Notes under the pieces: model-generated
The model's input: only the letters and a program-made list of their open reading frames with translations
What the model was told of the DNA's origin: nothing
The model's database searches: none
Origin: an uncultured Alphaproteobacteria bacterium
GTDB lineage: Bacteria > Pseudomonadota > Alphaproteobacteria > SHNJ01
Direction of reading: 5' to 3'
Assembly: GCA_964647725.1 (NCBI GenBank)
Contig: CAZYJI010000003.1
Span: forward strand, 70,121 to 134,120
Length of the DNA: 64,000 nt
Translations under genes and position numbers: made by a program
Shown: piece after piece, positions 18,802-29,035 of the stretch
Layout of the letters: each line of letters begins with the position of its first letter
Position numbering within the stretch: position 1 is the first letter of the stretch

Positions 18802-20573
18802 ACCCATCCCATTCCGTTATCGTATCGTCGCGCAATGTCGGCGTTTTAAAAAATCTTTTTCCATATTTGCAAAAAAACGCGCGATTGATCATTGCCGCGG
18901 GATTGGCCATTCTGATCGCTTCGGGTGCGGTGTTGGCATTCGGCCAGGGATTGCGCGGCATCGTCGATCACGGTTTGAACAGCGAAGATACCGGATCGTT
19001 GGACCGCGCCTTTGAAATTATGCTGGCGATTATCGCGGTTCTGGCCGCCGCCAGCATGGTGCGCATGTATACCGTATCTGCCGTGGGCGAGCGCGTGGTT
19101 GCGGATTTGCGCAAGGATTTATACGCGCATTTGCTGACCCTGCCGCCCAGTTTTTTTGAAATCACCAAAGTCGGCGAAATTTTATCGCGCCTGACCACCG
19201 ATACGACGCAAATTCAAAGCGTGGTTTCGACATCATTCCCCATCGCTTTGCGCAATTCGGTGTTATTGATCGGCGCGGCGTTGATGCTGTTTTTGACCAG
19301 CACGAAACTGGCGGTGATTGTATCGTTTGTCGTTCCGATTGTGATCGGGCCATTGATTTTAATTGGCCGGCGGGTGCGAAAATTATCGCGCGCGGCGCAA
19401 GACCGCGTTGCCGATATATCATCTTATGGCGACGAGACGTTGAATTTAATTAAAACTGTGCAAGCATACACCCACGAATCGATCGACCTGAATCAATTTC
19501 AAATGCGCGCCGAAGCCGCATTGCAATCCGCGCTCGCCCGTATATCGGTGCGCGCGGTATTGTCGGCGTTAATCATTGGCCTGGTATTTTCCGCAATCGC
19601 CATCGTATTATGGATTGGCGGATATGACGTTATCAATGGTGATATGACCGGCGGCGAGTTGGCATCGTTTGTATTTTATTCGATCGTGATGGCGGGATCG
19701 GTCGCGGCCTTATCCGAAGTGGCCAGTGAATTGCAACGTGCGGCGGGATCGTTGGAACGTATTATCGAATTGCTGCACACGCCCTCATCCTTGAAAATTT
19801 CCGAAAGCCCCCTGCCCCTGCCAAAAACAGCCGGTAAATCCACGCCGATTCTGGAATTCAACGAAGTCGATTTCCATTATCCGTCGCGCCATCAACCGGC
19901 CTTGCAACAATTCAATTTGCGGGCAATGGACGGCGAATCGATCGGCATTGTGGGCGGCAGCGGCGCTGGAAAAACCACCCTATTCCAATTGGCGTTGCGG
20001 TTTTACGATCCACAAAAAGGCAGTGTGAAGTTTTGCGGTGTGGATGTGCGCGATGTAAATCCGCGCGATTTACGGGATCGTATCGCCTATGTCGGCCAAG
20101 ACCCGGCGATTTTTTCGACCTCCTTACTGGAAAATATTAGATACGGCAAAACTGACGCCACCGAAGATCATGTGCGCGCCGTGTGCAAACTTGCCAAAGT
20201 GGACGAGTTTTTAAATCACTTGCCTGATGGGATTCACACTTATCTTGGCGAAAAAGGCGCGCGTTTGTCCGGCGGCCAAAAACAACGCATTGCGATTGCG
20301 CGCGCGATGCTGCGCAATCCGGATTTGTTATTGCTGGACGAAGCGACTTCGCAATTGGACAGCGAGAATGAAAAACTGGTCCAAGCCGCGCTCGAAAAAT
20401 TGGCGCAAGGCCGCACCACCATCACCATCGCGCACCGTTTATCGACGCTGCGCAATGCCAGCCGGATTGTGGTTCTGGATGCCGGGCAAATCGTTGGCCA
20501 GGGGCGGCATGACGAATTGATTCAATCGAACCCAACCTATCAAAACCTCGCCCAATTGCAAATCGCGGCTTAA
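18798..20573 (+). CDS. ABC exporter, fused permease/ATPase (MsbA-like)
   Basis: Six-TM domain plus Walker A GGSGAGKTT, signature LSGGQKQR and Walker B LLLDEATS. Confidence 0.85.
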   Translation: MNPSHSVIVSSRNVGVLKNLFPYLQKNARLIIAAGLAILIASGAVLAFGQGLRGIVDHGLNSEDTGSLDRAFEIMLAIIAVLAAASMVRMYTVSAVGERVVADLRKDLYAHLLTLPPSFFEITKVGEILSRLTTDTTQIQSVVSTSFPIALRNSVLLIGAALMLFLTSTKLAVIVSFVVPIVIGPLILIGRRVRKLSRAAQDRVADISSYGDETLNLIKTVQAYTHESIDLNQFQMRAEAALQSALARISVRAVLSALIIGLVFSAIAIVLWIGGYDVINGDMTGGELASFVFYSIVMAGSVAALSEVASELQRAAGSLERIIELLHTPSSLKISESPLPLPKTAGKSTPILEFNEVDFHYPSRHQPALQQFNLRAMDGESIGIVGGSGAGKTTLFQLALRFYDPQKGSVKFCGVDVRDVNPRDLRDRIAYVGQDPAIFSTSLLENIRYGKTDATEDHVRAVCKLAKVDEFLNHLPDGIHTYLGEKGARLSGGQKQRIAIARAMLRNPDLLLLDEATSQLDSENEKLVQAALEKLAQGRTTITIAHRLSTLRNASRIVVLDAGQIVGQGRHDELIQSNPTYQNLAQLQIAA

Positions 20574-20675
20574 ATATTAGCCCTACGAAACGGTATTTAT
20601 TAAGGAAATAGCGCTTGACGCTGCGCTTATATTTTGCGAATTTGACGATCTATTAATTTAACAGCGAGAATAATA

Positions 20676-21911
20676 ATGACTTTTGTGTTTACCCCTGCCG
20701 ACCAAACAAAACGTATTAAGCCTTCCGCAACTTTAGCAGTTAACAATTTAGCCAGACAGATTGCGGAAGATCAAAAGAAATTGCCCGAAGAGAATCGTTT
20801 AGAAGTCATTGGATTTGCAGTTGGTGAACCGGACAAGCAAACACCGCCGCATGTCGGAGTGGCCATGGCGGAATTTGCCCATGCGGGGATCAACAGATAC
20901 TCTAAACCGGATGCGGCGACCTTGGTTCCTCTGATCCGAAAGAAGTTTCAAGATGATAACGGCTTAACCTATACCGACAAACAAGTTACTAGCGGTGTTG
21001 GTGGTAAGGAATTGGTGTTTTGGGGTATTGGCACTTGTGTGAACCCGGGCGATGAAGTCGTTATACCTGCCCCATATTGGGTTTCCTATCCTGAAATCGT
21101 CAATTATTTCGGCGGCACAGCCAAATCAATTGTGCCAACACGTTCGGATCTAAAAATCACGCCGGAAGAATTACGCGCGGCGATCACGCCAAAAACCAAG
21201 TTATTTATTATTAATCAACCTTCTAATCCTGCTGGCGTTGTATATTCTAAACAGGAATTGCTAGCATTAGCAGAAGTTTTGCGGGAAGCGGTCAAAACCA
21301 ATCCGAATCTGGTGATCATCACCGATGATATTTATGAAAAATTGGTATACGGAGCGGAGTTCTTTACATTGCCACAGTTGGCTCCAGATTTAGCCGAGCG
21401 CACCCTAGTAATTAACGGCATAAGCAAATCTCATGCTTTTACTGGGGGCAGATTTGGATTCTGCGGCGGCCCAGAGGCGTGGATTGGCGCGATTAATAAA
21501 ATGATATCGCAGTCCAGCACGCATGGACCAACCATTATACATGCTGGCGCAGCGGCGGCATTATCGGGGTCTTACGAATTTTTGGTAGAATGGCGCGAAG
21601 ATTATAAACGTCGGCGCGATTTTGTTCTAAACCGCTTGGAGGTAATGGGTATTCCGTGCGCAAAGCCAGATGGCGCTTTTTATGTATTTCCGAATATCTC
21701 CGGCGAATTAGGAAACGATCCATCCGTTCAAACAGACGAACAATTCGTTATGGCATTATTACGCAACCAACATGTTGCTTGCGTTCATGGAAGCGCGTTT
21801 GGCATGCCGGGATATATGCGTATTTCCTATGCGACATCGGATAGAAATTTAGAAGTTGGTTTAGACCGTATGGCACAATTCTTAAAAAGCCTGCGCCAAC
21901 GCGCCGCGTAA
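20676..21911 (+). CDS. PLP-dependent aminotransferase, class I (aspartate aminotransferase-like)
   Basis: Fold-type I aminotransferase; SKSHAFTG Lys motif. Confidence 0.85.
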   Translation: MTFVFTPADQTKRIKPSATLAVNNLARQIAEDQKKLPEENRLEVIGFAVGEPDKQTPPHVGVAMAEFAHAGINRYSKPDAATLVPLIRKKFQDDNGLTYTDKQVTSGVGGKELVFWGIGTCVNPGDEVVIPAPYWVSYPEIVNYFGGTAKSIVPTRSDLKITPEELRAAITPKTKLFIINQPSNPAGVVYSKQELLALAEVLREAVKTNPNLVIITDDIYEKLVYGAEFFTLPQLAPDLAERTLVINGISKSHAFTGGRFGFCGGPEAWIGAINKMISQSSTHGPTIIHAGAAAALSGSYEFLVEWREDYKRRRDFVLNRLEVMGIPCAKPDGAFYVFPNISGELGNDPSVQTDEQFVMALLRNQHVACVHGSAFGMPGYMRISYATSDRNLEVGLDRMAQFLKSLRQRAA

Positions 21912-22736
21912 TTACTTTTTAATAACGATATCGACGCGGTCTTTGGCGCCGGATTCTGGCGTGCCCATCGGCTTGACGCCCAATTGCGATCCGGAAACGC
22001 CCATGCCGATTAACGTATCACGCACTTGTAAAATGCGGGTCAATGCGGTGCGGCGCGCCTCGGCCGGGTTGTTTTTTGGCGCGGTGGCATAACCGCGCAA
22101 TTCCGCTGGGACATTCGATGCTTTTAATTTGCTGCCCACTTTTTTCACTTGGGCCATGCCGTTTGAATCCAAATCCGTTTCATCCTTATCGAATCCAACC
22201 GATCCGACCACCGTTCCGGCGACCGAATTTGGGCGCGTGACCGTAACATTGGCGCCGGCACCGCCGCGCGTGCGCGGATCAATATCGTTCCAACGGTACC
22301 CGCCATACATATTGCCGGCAATGTTAGTAACAAATTGGCCAGCAGCCGGAAAGAATCCACCAGCAGCAGCACGGAAAGAAGATTTTGGCGTGGCTTTGAA
22401 TTTACCGGATTTACGCGCGGTTTCGCCGAATACGACTTCGTTCAAATTGCTTTTCGGTTTTTTGCGCGGTGGCGGAGATAATTCACCCGAACGCGCCGCA
22501 TAATACGCGGCTTGATTCGCTTGTTTAGCGCCGGTGACCACAAATGGTTTATGCGATTGATATTCGGAATAATATTGCAAAGGCACGGTCGGTTCCGGTC
22601 CCAGATTTTGCATAATATATGGATTCACGACAACGGCATCGCGATACGGATATGCGGCCGCAGCCGATCCCGCGCAAACAGTGCCCGCGCAAATCAAAGC
22701 AAAAATCAATTTAGTTTTTTTGGACAAGAAATTCAT
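21912..22736 (-). CDS. OmpA-family protein (peptidoglycan-binding C-terminal domain)
   Basis: Signal peptide, Gly-rich middle region and an OmpA_C-like tail. Confidence 0.6.
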   Translation of the reverse strand: MNFLSKKTKLIFALICAGTVCAGSAAAAYPYRDAVVVNPYIMQNLGPEPTVPLQYYSEYQSHKPFVVTGAKQANQAAYYAARSGELSPPPRKKPKSNLNEVVFGETARKSGKFKATPKSSFRAAAGGFFPAAGQFVTNIAGNMYGGYRWNDIDPRTRGGAGANVTVTRPNSVAGTVVGSVGFDKDETDLDSNGMAQVKKVGSKLKASNVPAELRGYATAPKNNPAEARRTALTRILQVRDTLIGMGVSGSQLGVKPMGTPESGAKDRVDIVIKK

Positions 22737-22811
22737 CCCGGTTATTATAGCCATGTAAAATATAGAATTGGCAACAAACTGACAACCGATTTTTAAAATA
22801 TCCGGTAAATA

Positions 22812-23645
22812 TTAGGCTATTTTCGGTTTGGCCACCGATTCGATCTGGGCCAGGGTCTTAACACCCAACATTTCGGAAAAAGGCTTAATAATCTCGTTAT
22901 TAGCGGCAATGATATCCTTAGTCATGGCGGTCGCAGGCTGACCATTATAATCCACAACATAACCGCCCGCTTCACGGACCAATAAAATGCCTGCCGCGAT
23001 ATCCCATGGCTTCATATTCCGTTCCCAATACGCATCGAAACGCCCAGCCGCCATATAGGCCAAATCCAGTGATGCCGTTCCCATGCGCCGCACGCCGGAA
23101 ACTTGGGTCGATATGATTTCCAGTTCCTTATTGAATGTCGTGATATCGCCCTGGCCTTTGAATGGAATGCCGGTTGCGATCAAACACTGGCTGAAATCCT
23201 TGCGCGACGATACGCGTAAACGGCCCGAACGGTTGGTAAAAGCACCAGTGCCTTTTTCCGCCCAGTATGCTTCGTCATACAGCGGATGGTAAACAAACGC
23301 CGCAACAACCTCGCCCGCTTTTTCCAGCGCGACCGAAATCGCAAAATGCGGCACGGCGTGCAAAAAATTGGTGGTGCCATCCAGCGGATCGATGATCCAG
23401 CGATGCTCGCCATCGCCAACGACATCCGCGCCTTCTTCGGTCATAAAACCGAATGCGGGGCGGGCGCGTTGCAATTCTTCGCGCAAAATTTTATCGGCTT
23501 TGCGGTCGGCGGCGGAAACGAAATCGGCCGGGCCTTTTTTCGATACCTGTAAATGCTCGACTTCGTTAAAATCGCGCGTCAAGGATTTGCCCGCCTTGCG
23601 GCAAGCGGCTTCGACTACGGTTAACAGGGGCGATAATCTGGACAT
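22812..23645 (-). CDS. suhB: inositol monophosphatase family protein
   Basis: WIIDPLDGTTNF and the IMPase fold. Confidence 0.85.
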   Translation of the reverse strand: MSRLSPLLTVVEAACRKAGKSLTRDFNEVEHLQVSKKGPADFVSAADRKADKILREELQRARPAFGFMTEEGADVVGDGEHRWIIDPLDGTTNFLHAVPHFAISVALEKAGEVVAAFVYHPLYDEAYWAEKGTGAFTNRSGRLRVSSRKDFSQCLIATGIPFKGQGDITTFNKELEIISTQVSGVRRMGTASLDLAYMAAGRFDAYWERNMKPWDIAAGILLVREAGGYVVDYNGQPATAMTKDIIAANNEIIKPFSEMLGVKTLAQIESVAKPKIA

Positions 23646-24211
23646 TAGTTTTTGGCGCGTTCGATAAAGCTGCCATCGTCGGTGCGCACGACAACCATTT
23701 CGCCGCTGGCCATATATTGCGGCACCATGATGCGCGCGCCGTTCGACAATTTCGCGGTTTTAAATCCGCCTGATGCAGTTTGGCCCTTTACAACCGGTTC
23801 CGCTTCGACGATTTCCATCACTACCGATTCCGGCAACGTTACGCCCAATGGCTTGCCTTCGTGCATGGCGATTTGCACTTGCATGCCGTCTTGCAGGAAT
23901 TGTGCTGGCTCGCCGATCAAATCGCGGTCGACCACGATTTGTTCGTAATTTTCGTTATTCATGAAGGTCACTTGATCGCCTTCGGCGAACAGATATTGAT
24001 GCGCGACTTCATCGATGCGTACGCGTTCAACCACTTCGGTCGAAGAAAAGCGGAAATCTTTTTTATTGCCTGAGGCAACGTCTTTGGCCTCGACTTGGAC
24101 GAAAGCGCGCAGATTGCCTGGGGTTCTGTGTTCAACCTTGGTCACGGTCAAAAGTTTGGTTTCGACCTCGATGATATTGCCTGGTTTCAGGGCGTTGGCT
24201 TGGGTTTTCAT
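23645..24211 (-). CDS. efp: elongation factor P
   Basis: 188 aa; KPGNIIEVETKLLTVTKVEH ... KDVASGNKK. Confidence 0.9.
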   Translation of the reverse strand: MKTQANALKPGNIIEVETKLLTVTKVEHRTPGNLRAFVQVEAKDVASGNKKDFRFSSTEVVERVRIDEVAHQYLFAEGDQVTFMNNENYEQIVVDRDLIGEPAQFLQDGMQVQIAMHEGKPLGVTLPESVVMEIVEAEPVVKGQTASGGFKTAKLSNGARIMVPQYMASGEMVVVRTDDGSFIERAKN

Positions 24212-24285
24212 TTACCTACCTCTAAATAATTTGCCCGGCTTCCATGAATTTGGGGGCCGGGCCATTCAATTCTGGGGCGGAAAGT

Positions 24286-24306
24286 AGCAGAATCGCGTAG
24301 ATTCTG
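24286..24306. other. perfect 8-bp-arm hairpin GCAGAATC-gcgta-GATTCTGC just 3' of thiE
   Basis: Read directly from the sequence. Contains GAATC/GATTC (GANTC) sites. Possible terminator or operator. Confidence 0.3.
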
Positions 24307-24314
24307 CAACTTGA

Positions 24315-24935
24315 TTATATGCTTGAAATATAGAGTTTAAAGGCCTCTATGCCTGCTTTTGCGCCTTTATCATGTTCCCAAACCGCGGATACGACCGCGA
24401 TGAAATCCGCGCCTGCGTCGATTAACGGTTTGCAATTATCCGGCGTAATCCCGCCGATGGCAACGCACGGCACGGTGGTCAATTCCACCCAATCGCGTAA
24501 CAATTCAACCGTTGGACGATATCCCGAATCCTTGGTTTTGGTTGGATAGAACGCGCCAAAGGCGACGTATTCGGCGCCCGCATCCGCCGCTTTAAACGCC
24601 AGATCCTTGGAATCGTGACAAGTCACGCCGATCATTTTATTCGGACCCAGAATTTGCCTCGCTTCGGCATAAGGCATATCGCTTTGCCCCAAATGTACCC
24701 CGTCGCAATCGTACCGGTGCGCCAGATCGACATAATTATTGATGATCAGCGGAATGTCATGCGCATGGCATACTTCCAAAACCGGCTCGACGGTGCGTTC
24801 AATGGCGACCATTGGCATGTCTTGCAGGCGCAATTGGAATACCGAAATCAAACCAGTGGATAATGCCACATCCAATTCCGGCAAGAATTGGTCCAGAGAG
24901 ATTTGCGGCGGAGAGATTAAATAAAGTTGGGTCAT
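24315..24935 (-). CDS. thiE: thiamine-phosphate synthase
   Basis: TIM-barrel ThiE; MIGVTCHD ... VAFGAFYPTKTK. Confidence 0.85.
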   Translation of the reverse strand: MTQLYLISPPQISLDQFLPELDVALSTGLISVFQLRLQDMPMVAIERTVEPVLEVCHAHDIPLIINNYVDLAHRYDCDGVHLGQSDMPYAEARQILGPNKMIGVTCHDSKDLAFKAADAGAEYVAFGAFYPTKTKDSGYRPTVELLRDWVELTTVPCVAIGGITPDNCKPLIDAGADFIAVVSAVWEHDKGAKAGIEAFKLYISSI

Positions 24936-25999
24936 TAATGAATTATTGCTTGTAAACCGCGTAATATTTTTTCTGGATCGTATAGTTTGAATGCATTAAA
25001 AGCCATAATCGGCATAGCTGGATATTTACCGGCATCCGCAATCATTACAATATTAGGATAAGGATAGTATTGTGCTAGAATCCAGAACTTATCCGATTGT
25101 TCTTGTATATATACTACTCCCATTTTCATTCTTTCCTCGGCAGGGAATTTTTCAATCCAACTGCTAAAATATCTATCGGGCTTAATTCCAATTTGCGATA
25201 ACAAAACTGCATTTCCTGCAAAAATATAATTCATCCATGCTGTCAACCTGTCCGCCTGCGCTTTATATTCAGAATTACGCAGCAAAAGCTTAAAGTCTTT
25301 ATTGAATTGGTTAGAGCGGGCACATAATAACATTCCATCGCCTAAATTGTTAACCACCTTCAATTGAGGCGGTAAAGAAGTCATAGCCTGAGAGGAATAT
25401 ATAGGAAACAATTTTTCAGCCTGCTCCGCTACATCATATAACCGCTTTTGCAATTCTTTAATGTTATCATCCGGCGCATTTTTTCTAATCCACCCTTGTT
25501 GATAAACTGGAATCCGGTCGGAATTTATAAAACGCTCCCCATCCACAAAGGAAACTTTCATTATATTTGATACAATGCCAATTTGGAATACAATCGCCAT
25601 ATCATAAAGAGCGCTGTATAAAACAAAATTCTGCACTGTCGGATGGTTGATTCCTCCTACCGCAACTAATTGGGCGGTTGTAAGTATAGGCAACCAACAC
25701 GGATCAAATTCTGCTATGTCCGCGATCACCTCCTTTTTAGTTTCTCCTTCCTGTAAAATACCAGACAAACCTTTTTGCGAGGATGCTTGATGCACATTAC
25801 TCAAATACCTCAAATTGGATTGCAAGACTCCGGCTGATAACCGTGCATCAGCAACTGATATTCCAAATTTCTGTGTTAAATTGGATTGCAATTTGATCGT
25901 TTGCGCTTCGTCCAATTGTAAAATAGCTTGCGCTGTGACGACTTGGGCAAAAAACAATCCTAATAGAATTGTAAAAAGAAAAATACCCAATTTACTCAT
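24935..25999 (-). CDS. secreted hypothetical protein, low-GC gene
   Basis: Signal peptide MSKLGIFLFTILLGLFFAQVVTAQA. Sampled stretches are about 37-40% GC against roughly 50% in neighbours. 1-nt overlap with thiE. Confidence 0.5.
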   Translation of the reverse strand: MSKLGIFLFTILLGLFFAQVVTAQAILQLDEAQTIKLQSNLTQKFGISVADARLSAGVLQSNLRYLSNVHQASSQKGLSGILQEGETKKEVIADIAEFDPCWLPILTTAQLVAVGGINHPTVQNFVLYSALYDMAIVFQIGIVSNIMKVSFVDGERFINSDRIPVYQQGWIRKNAPDDNIKELQKRLYDVAEQAEKLFPIYSSQAMTSLPPQLKVVNNLGDGMLLCARSNQFNKDFKLLLRNSEYKAQADRLTAWMNYIFAGNAVLLSQIGIKPDRYFSSWIEKFPAEERMKMGVVYIQEQSDKFWILAQYYPYPNIVMIADAGKYPAMPIMAFNAFKLYDPEKILRGLQAIIH

Positions 26000-26001
26000 A
26001 A

Positions 26002-26964
26002 TCAGCTCTTCAAAATCGCGATCATATCGTCGAATAATTTCATCGCTTCGGCTTTAGGGCGTTGAAACGCGTTGCGGCCCATGATCGAACCATTACCGCC
26101 GCCCGCCTTGATCGCGCGCATTTCATCGAGAATCGAAGCCGTATCTTTCGCCTCTCCGCCAGAAAACACAACAAGGCGCCGTCCGTTGAAACAAGCCTGG
26201 GTAATATGTTTTACGCGATCGGCCAATGTGCCAACCGGAATTTTCTGTTCGGTATAGGATTTTTTCGCAGCTTCTAGCCAGATTACATCCGATGGCAATT
26301 TTACCTTAATCATATGCGCGCCGGCCTGGCATGCCATGTGCGCGGCATAGGCGACAACGTCAATCGCGGTTTCCGCTTCTTTCGGCAAAACGCCGCCGCG
26401 CGGATAACACCACACCACGGTTGGCAAGCCATGCGATTTTGCTTCAGCAATGATATCGCGCAATTCTTCCATTTGCGCGTTATAAGATTCCGATCCGTTA
26501 TACAGCGTAAATCCAACCGCCGTGCAACCCAAACGCACCGCATCCTTGACACTGCACAACACCGCTTGATCCGGATTGGTTTTATTCGACAACAACGAAT
26601 TGCCGTGATTCATTTTTAAAATTAACGGAATTTTTCCGGCAAAAGTTTCAACGCCGCATTCCAGCGCGCCAAGCGGCGCCGCATACGCGTTCAAATCCGA
26701 TTCGATGCCCAATTGATAAAAATAATGCGGATCGTAACAAACCGGATTCATCGCAAACGACCGTGCTGGCCCGTGTTCGAATCCCTGATCGACCGGCAAG
26801 ATAATCATCTGGCCGGTGCCGCCTAAGCGACCTTGCATTAAAATACGGCCCAAATTTTCTTTGGTCGCGCCACTGTCCGATTCATAATTTTTCAAAATCT
26901 TTTTTACGGTTTCAGATGGAGCAACAGATTTCGGCGGATGTTGGTTTTTCAAAACAGCGGTCAT
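26002..26964 (-). CDS. fbaB: class I fructose-bisphosphate aldolase (FbaB/DhnA-type)
   Basis: ILPVDQGFEHGP matches the FbaB ILPVDQGVEH motif. Confidence 0.8.
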   Translation of the reverse strand: MTAVLKNQHPPKSVAPSETVKKILKNYESDSGATKENLGRILMQGRLGGTGQMIILPVDQGFEHGPARSFAMNPVCYDPHYFYQLGIESDLNAYAAPLGALECGVETFAGKIPLILKMNHGNSLLSNKTNPDQAVLCSVKDAVRLGCTAVGFTLYNGSESYNAQMEELRDIIAEAKSHGLPTVVWCYPRGGVLPKEAETAIDVVAYAAHMACQAGAHMIKVKLPSDVIWLEAAKKSYTEQKIPVGTLADRVKHITQACFNGRRLVVFSGGEAKDTASILDEMRAIKAGGGNGSIMGRNAFQRPKAEAMKLFDDMIAILKS

Positions 26965-27049
26965 GGTACTACCTCTTTCAGGGCTGGTCTCGGCACTATT
27001 GGCGTATAGCGGATAATCTAGCCAATTCCGGTAATTTTGCCAAAGTTAT

Positions 27050-28009
27050 TTATGCCGATTTTTTGAATTTTTGATATTCGGGATTGACCAAAAAACGGTC
27101 TTGGCCAGTTTTCAATAAATTTAATATGCTATCTGTCGCCATGGCGCTGACTTTTCTGATCGAAGGCGTGGTATTGAACGCGGTCGACGCATTGGTCGTA
27201 TAACAGGAATAATATGGCATATTGTTCCAGCCGGAAAATTCATGGTCCGAAGCCACAAAAATTTCGCCCTTTTCAACGCGAGATTTCAACGCGGCCGCAT
27301 CGATCAATGCATTGGTGGAGATATTCACTAAAATGCTGCCTGGCTGCATTTTATGAATAATAGGTGCGGTTAATAAAGGGCTACCGGCCTTGGTATCAAT
27401 GCAAACCGCAATCACATTGCAAGTCGCGGCCAAATCCAACAAAGGCAGGAATTTCGCGCCGGTTACCGCCTCCGCTTCGGGCCGAGACGTGCGGTTATAA
27501 TAAAAAATTCCGGCCGGAGAAAAACCGCTTAGCATTTTTGCCAACGTCTGGCCGATATGGCCGAAACCAACGATGCCGATTTTGCTGTTGGCGAGGCTCG
27601 CGGCCGATCCGAACGAGGATTTTCCGCCAGCGCCGAATTTCAACAATTGACGCAATTGCATTAAAATCGTCGCCATCATGAATTCCGCAACCGCATAGGA
27701 AGGCCCACCCGGAGTGTTGCTAATTGCAATGCCTTTTTGCGTGGCAAGCTGATGGCCCGGAATAAAATCAGCATAACCCGCGCCGGTAAAAGAAATTGCC
27801 CGGAGTTTTTTTGTCGAAGCAATCACCTTGTCCGTTACCGATTCAATGCCGCCCAGAATGTACCCATCTGCATCTTGCAATGCGGCGATTAATTCATCTT
27901 CGGTGGCTTTAGGGTTATCCAAACGCGTAATCTCATATCCACCGGCGCGCAACCGCGCCTCGTCCTCCTGGTCGATAAACAAAGAGTCGGTGATCAGGAT
28001 TTTCGGCAC
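27050..28009 (-). CDS. D-isomer-specific 2-hydroxyacid dehydrogenase family protein
   Basis: GIVGFGHIGQTLAKML Rossmann motif and the 2-HADH fold. Confidence 0.75.
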   Translation of the reverse strand: MPKILITDSLFIDQEDEARLRAGGYEITRLDNPKATEDELIAALQDADGYILGGIESVTDKVIASTKKLRAISFTGAGYADFIPGHQLATQKGIAISNTPGGPSYAVAEFMMATILMQLRQLLKFGAGGKSSFGSAASLANSKIGIVGFGHIGQTLAKMLSGFSPAGIFYYNRTSRPEAEAVTGAKFLPLLDLAATCNVIAVCIDTKAGSPLLTAPIIHKMQPGSILVNISTNALIDAAALKSRVEKGEIFVASDHEFSGWNNMPYYSCYTTNASTAFNTTPSIRKVSAMATDSILNLLKTGQDRFLVNPEYQKFKKSA

Positions 28010-28018
28010 ATGTGCACC

Positions 28019-29023
28019 TTATATCATTTTTGCCATGACGGTTGCGGTATCGAGCATGCGGTTGGAAAAACCCCATTCATTATCGTACCACGACAATACG
28101 CGCGCAAGGCGTTTGTCGACGACTTGGGTTTGCGTGGCATCGAAATTGGATGAATGCGGATCGTGATTGAAATCGGATGATACTAATTCATCGGTTACAT
28201 ATCCAAGCACGCCTTTCAATCGGCCTTCAGCGGCTTTTTTCATTGCGGCGTTGATTTCTTCGGCCGTTACATCGCGCGGGCAAACGAATTTAAAATCGAT
28301 CATCGACACGTTCGCGGTTGGCACGCGCACCGATGTGCCATCCAATTTACCTTTCAATTCCGGAATCACCAAACCCAATGCCTTGGCGGCGCCGGTCGAT
28401 GATGGAATCATCGATAACGCAGCGGCGCGGGCGCGGCGCGGATCTTTGTGAATCGAATCGACCAATTTTTGATCGCCGGTATAGGCGTGCACGGTGGTCA
28501 TAAATCCACGCTCAATTCCAATTTCTTTCAAAATAACGTCGGCAACCGGAGCCAGGCAATTGGTGGTGCAAGAACCGTTCGAAATAACAATATGATCCTT
28601 CGCCAATTTATCGTGATTGACGCCATAAACGATGGTCGCATCGACGCCATCGGCCGGGGCCGATACGATCACGCGTTTCGCGCCAGCGGTTAAATGATGC
28701 GCGGCTTCTTCGCGTTTGGTAAAACGGCCGGAACATTCGAACGCAATATCGATGCCCATATCTTTCCATGGCAATTTGGCCGGATCCGGTTGCGCAACGA
28801 CAGCAATTTTTTGCCCTTGAATTTCAATCGAATTATCGGTTGTTTTCACATCGAATGGAAAACGGCCATGCACCGAATCATAACGCAGCAAATGCGCGTT
28901 CGATTTCACATCACCCAAATCGTTGATGGCGACAATCTGAATATCCTTGCGGCCCGATTCAAAAAGCGCGCGTAAAACCAATCGTCCAATCCTGCCGAAA
29001 CCATTAATTGCTACTTTTGTCAT
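28019..29023 (-). CDS. gap: glyceraldehyde-3-phosphate dehydrogenase
   Basis: MTKVAINGFGRIGR ... SCTTNCLAP. Confidence 0.95.
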   Translation of the reverse strand: MTKVAINGFGRIGRLVLRALFESGRKDIQIVAINDLGDVKSNAHLLRYDSVHGRFPFDVKTTDNSIEIQGQKIAVVAQPDPAKLPWKDMGIDIAFECSGRFTKREEAAHHLTAGAKRVIVSAPADGVDATIVYGVNHDKLAKDHIVISNGSCTTNCLAPVADVILKEIGIERGFMTTVHAYTGDQKLVDSIHKDPRRARAAALSMIPSSTGAAKALGLVIPELKGKLDGTSVRVPTANVSMIDFKFVCPRDVTAEEINAAMKKAAEGRLKGVLGYVTDELVSSDFNHDPHSSNFDATQTQVVDKRLARVLSWYDNEWGFSNRMLDTATVMAKMI

Positions 29024-29035
29024 TTTTACTCCAAC

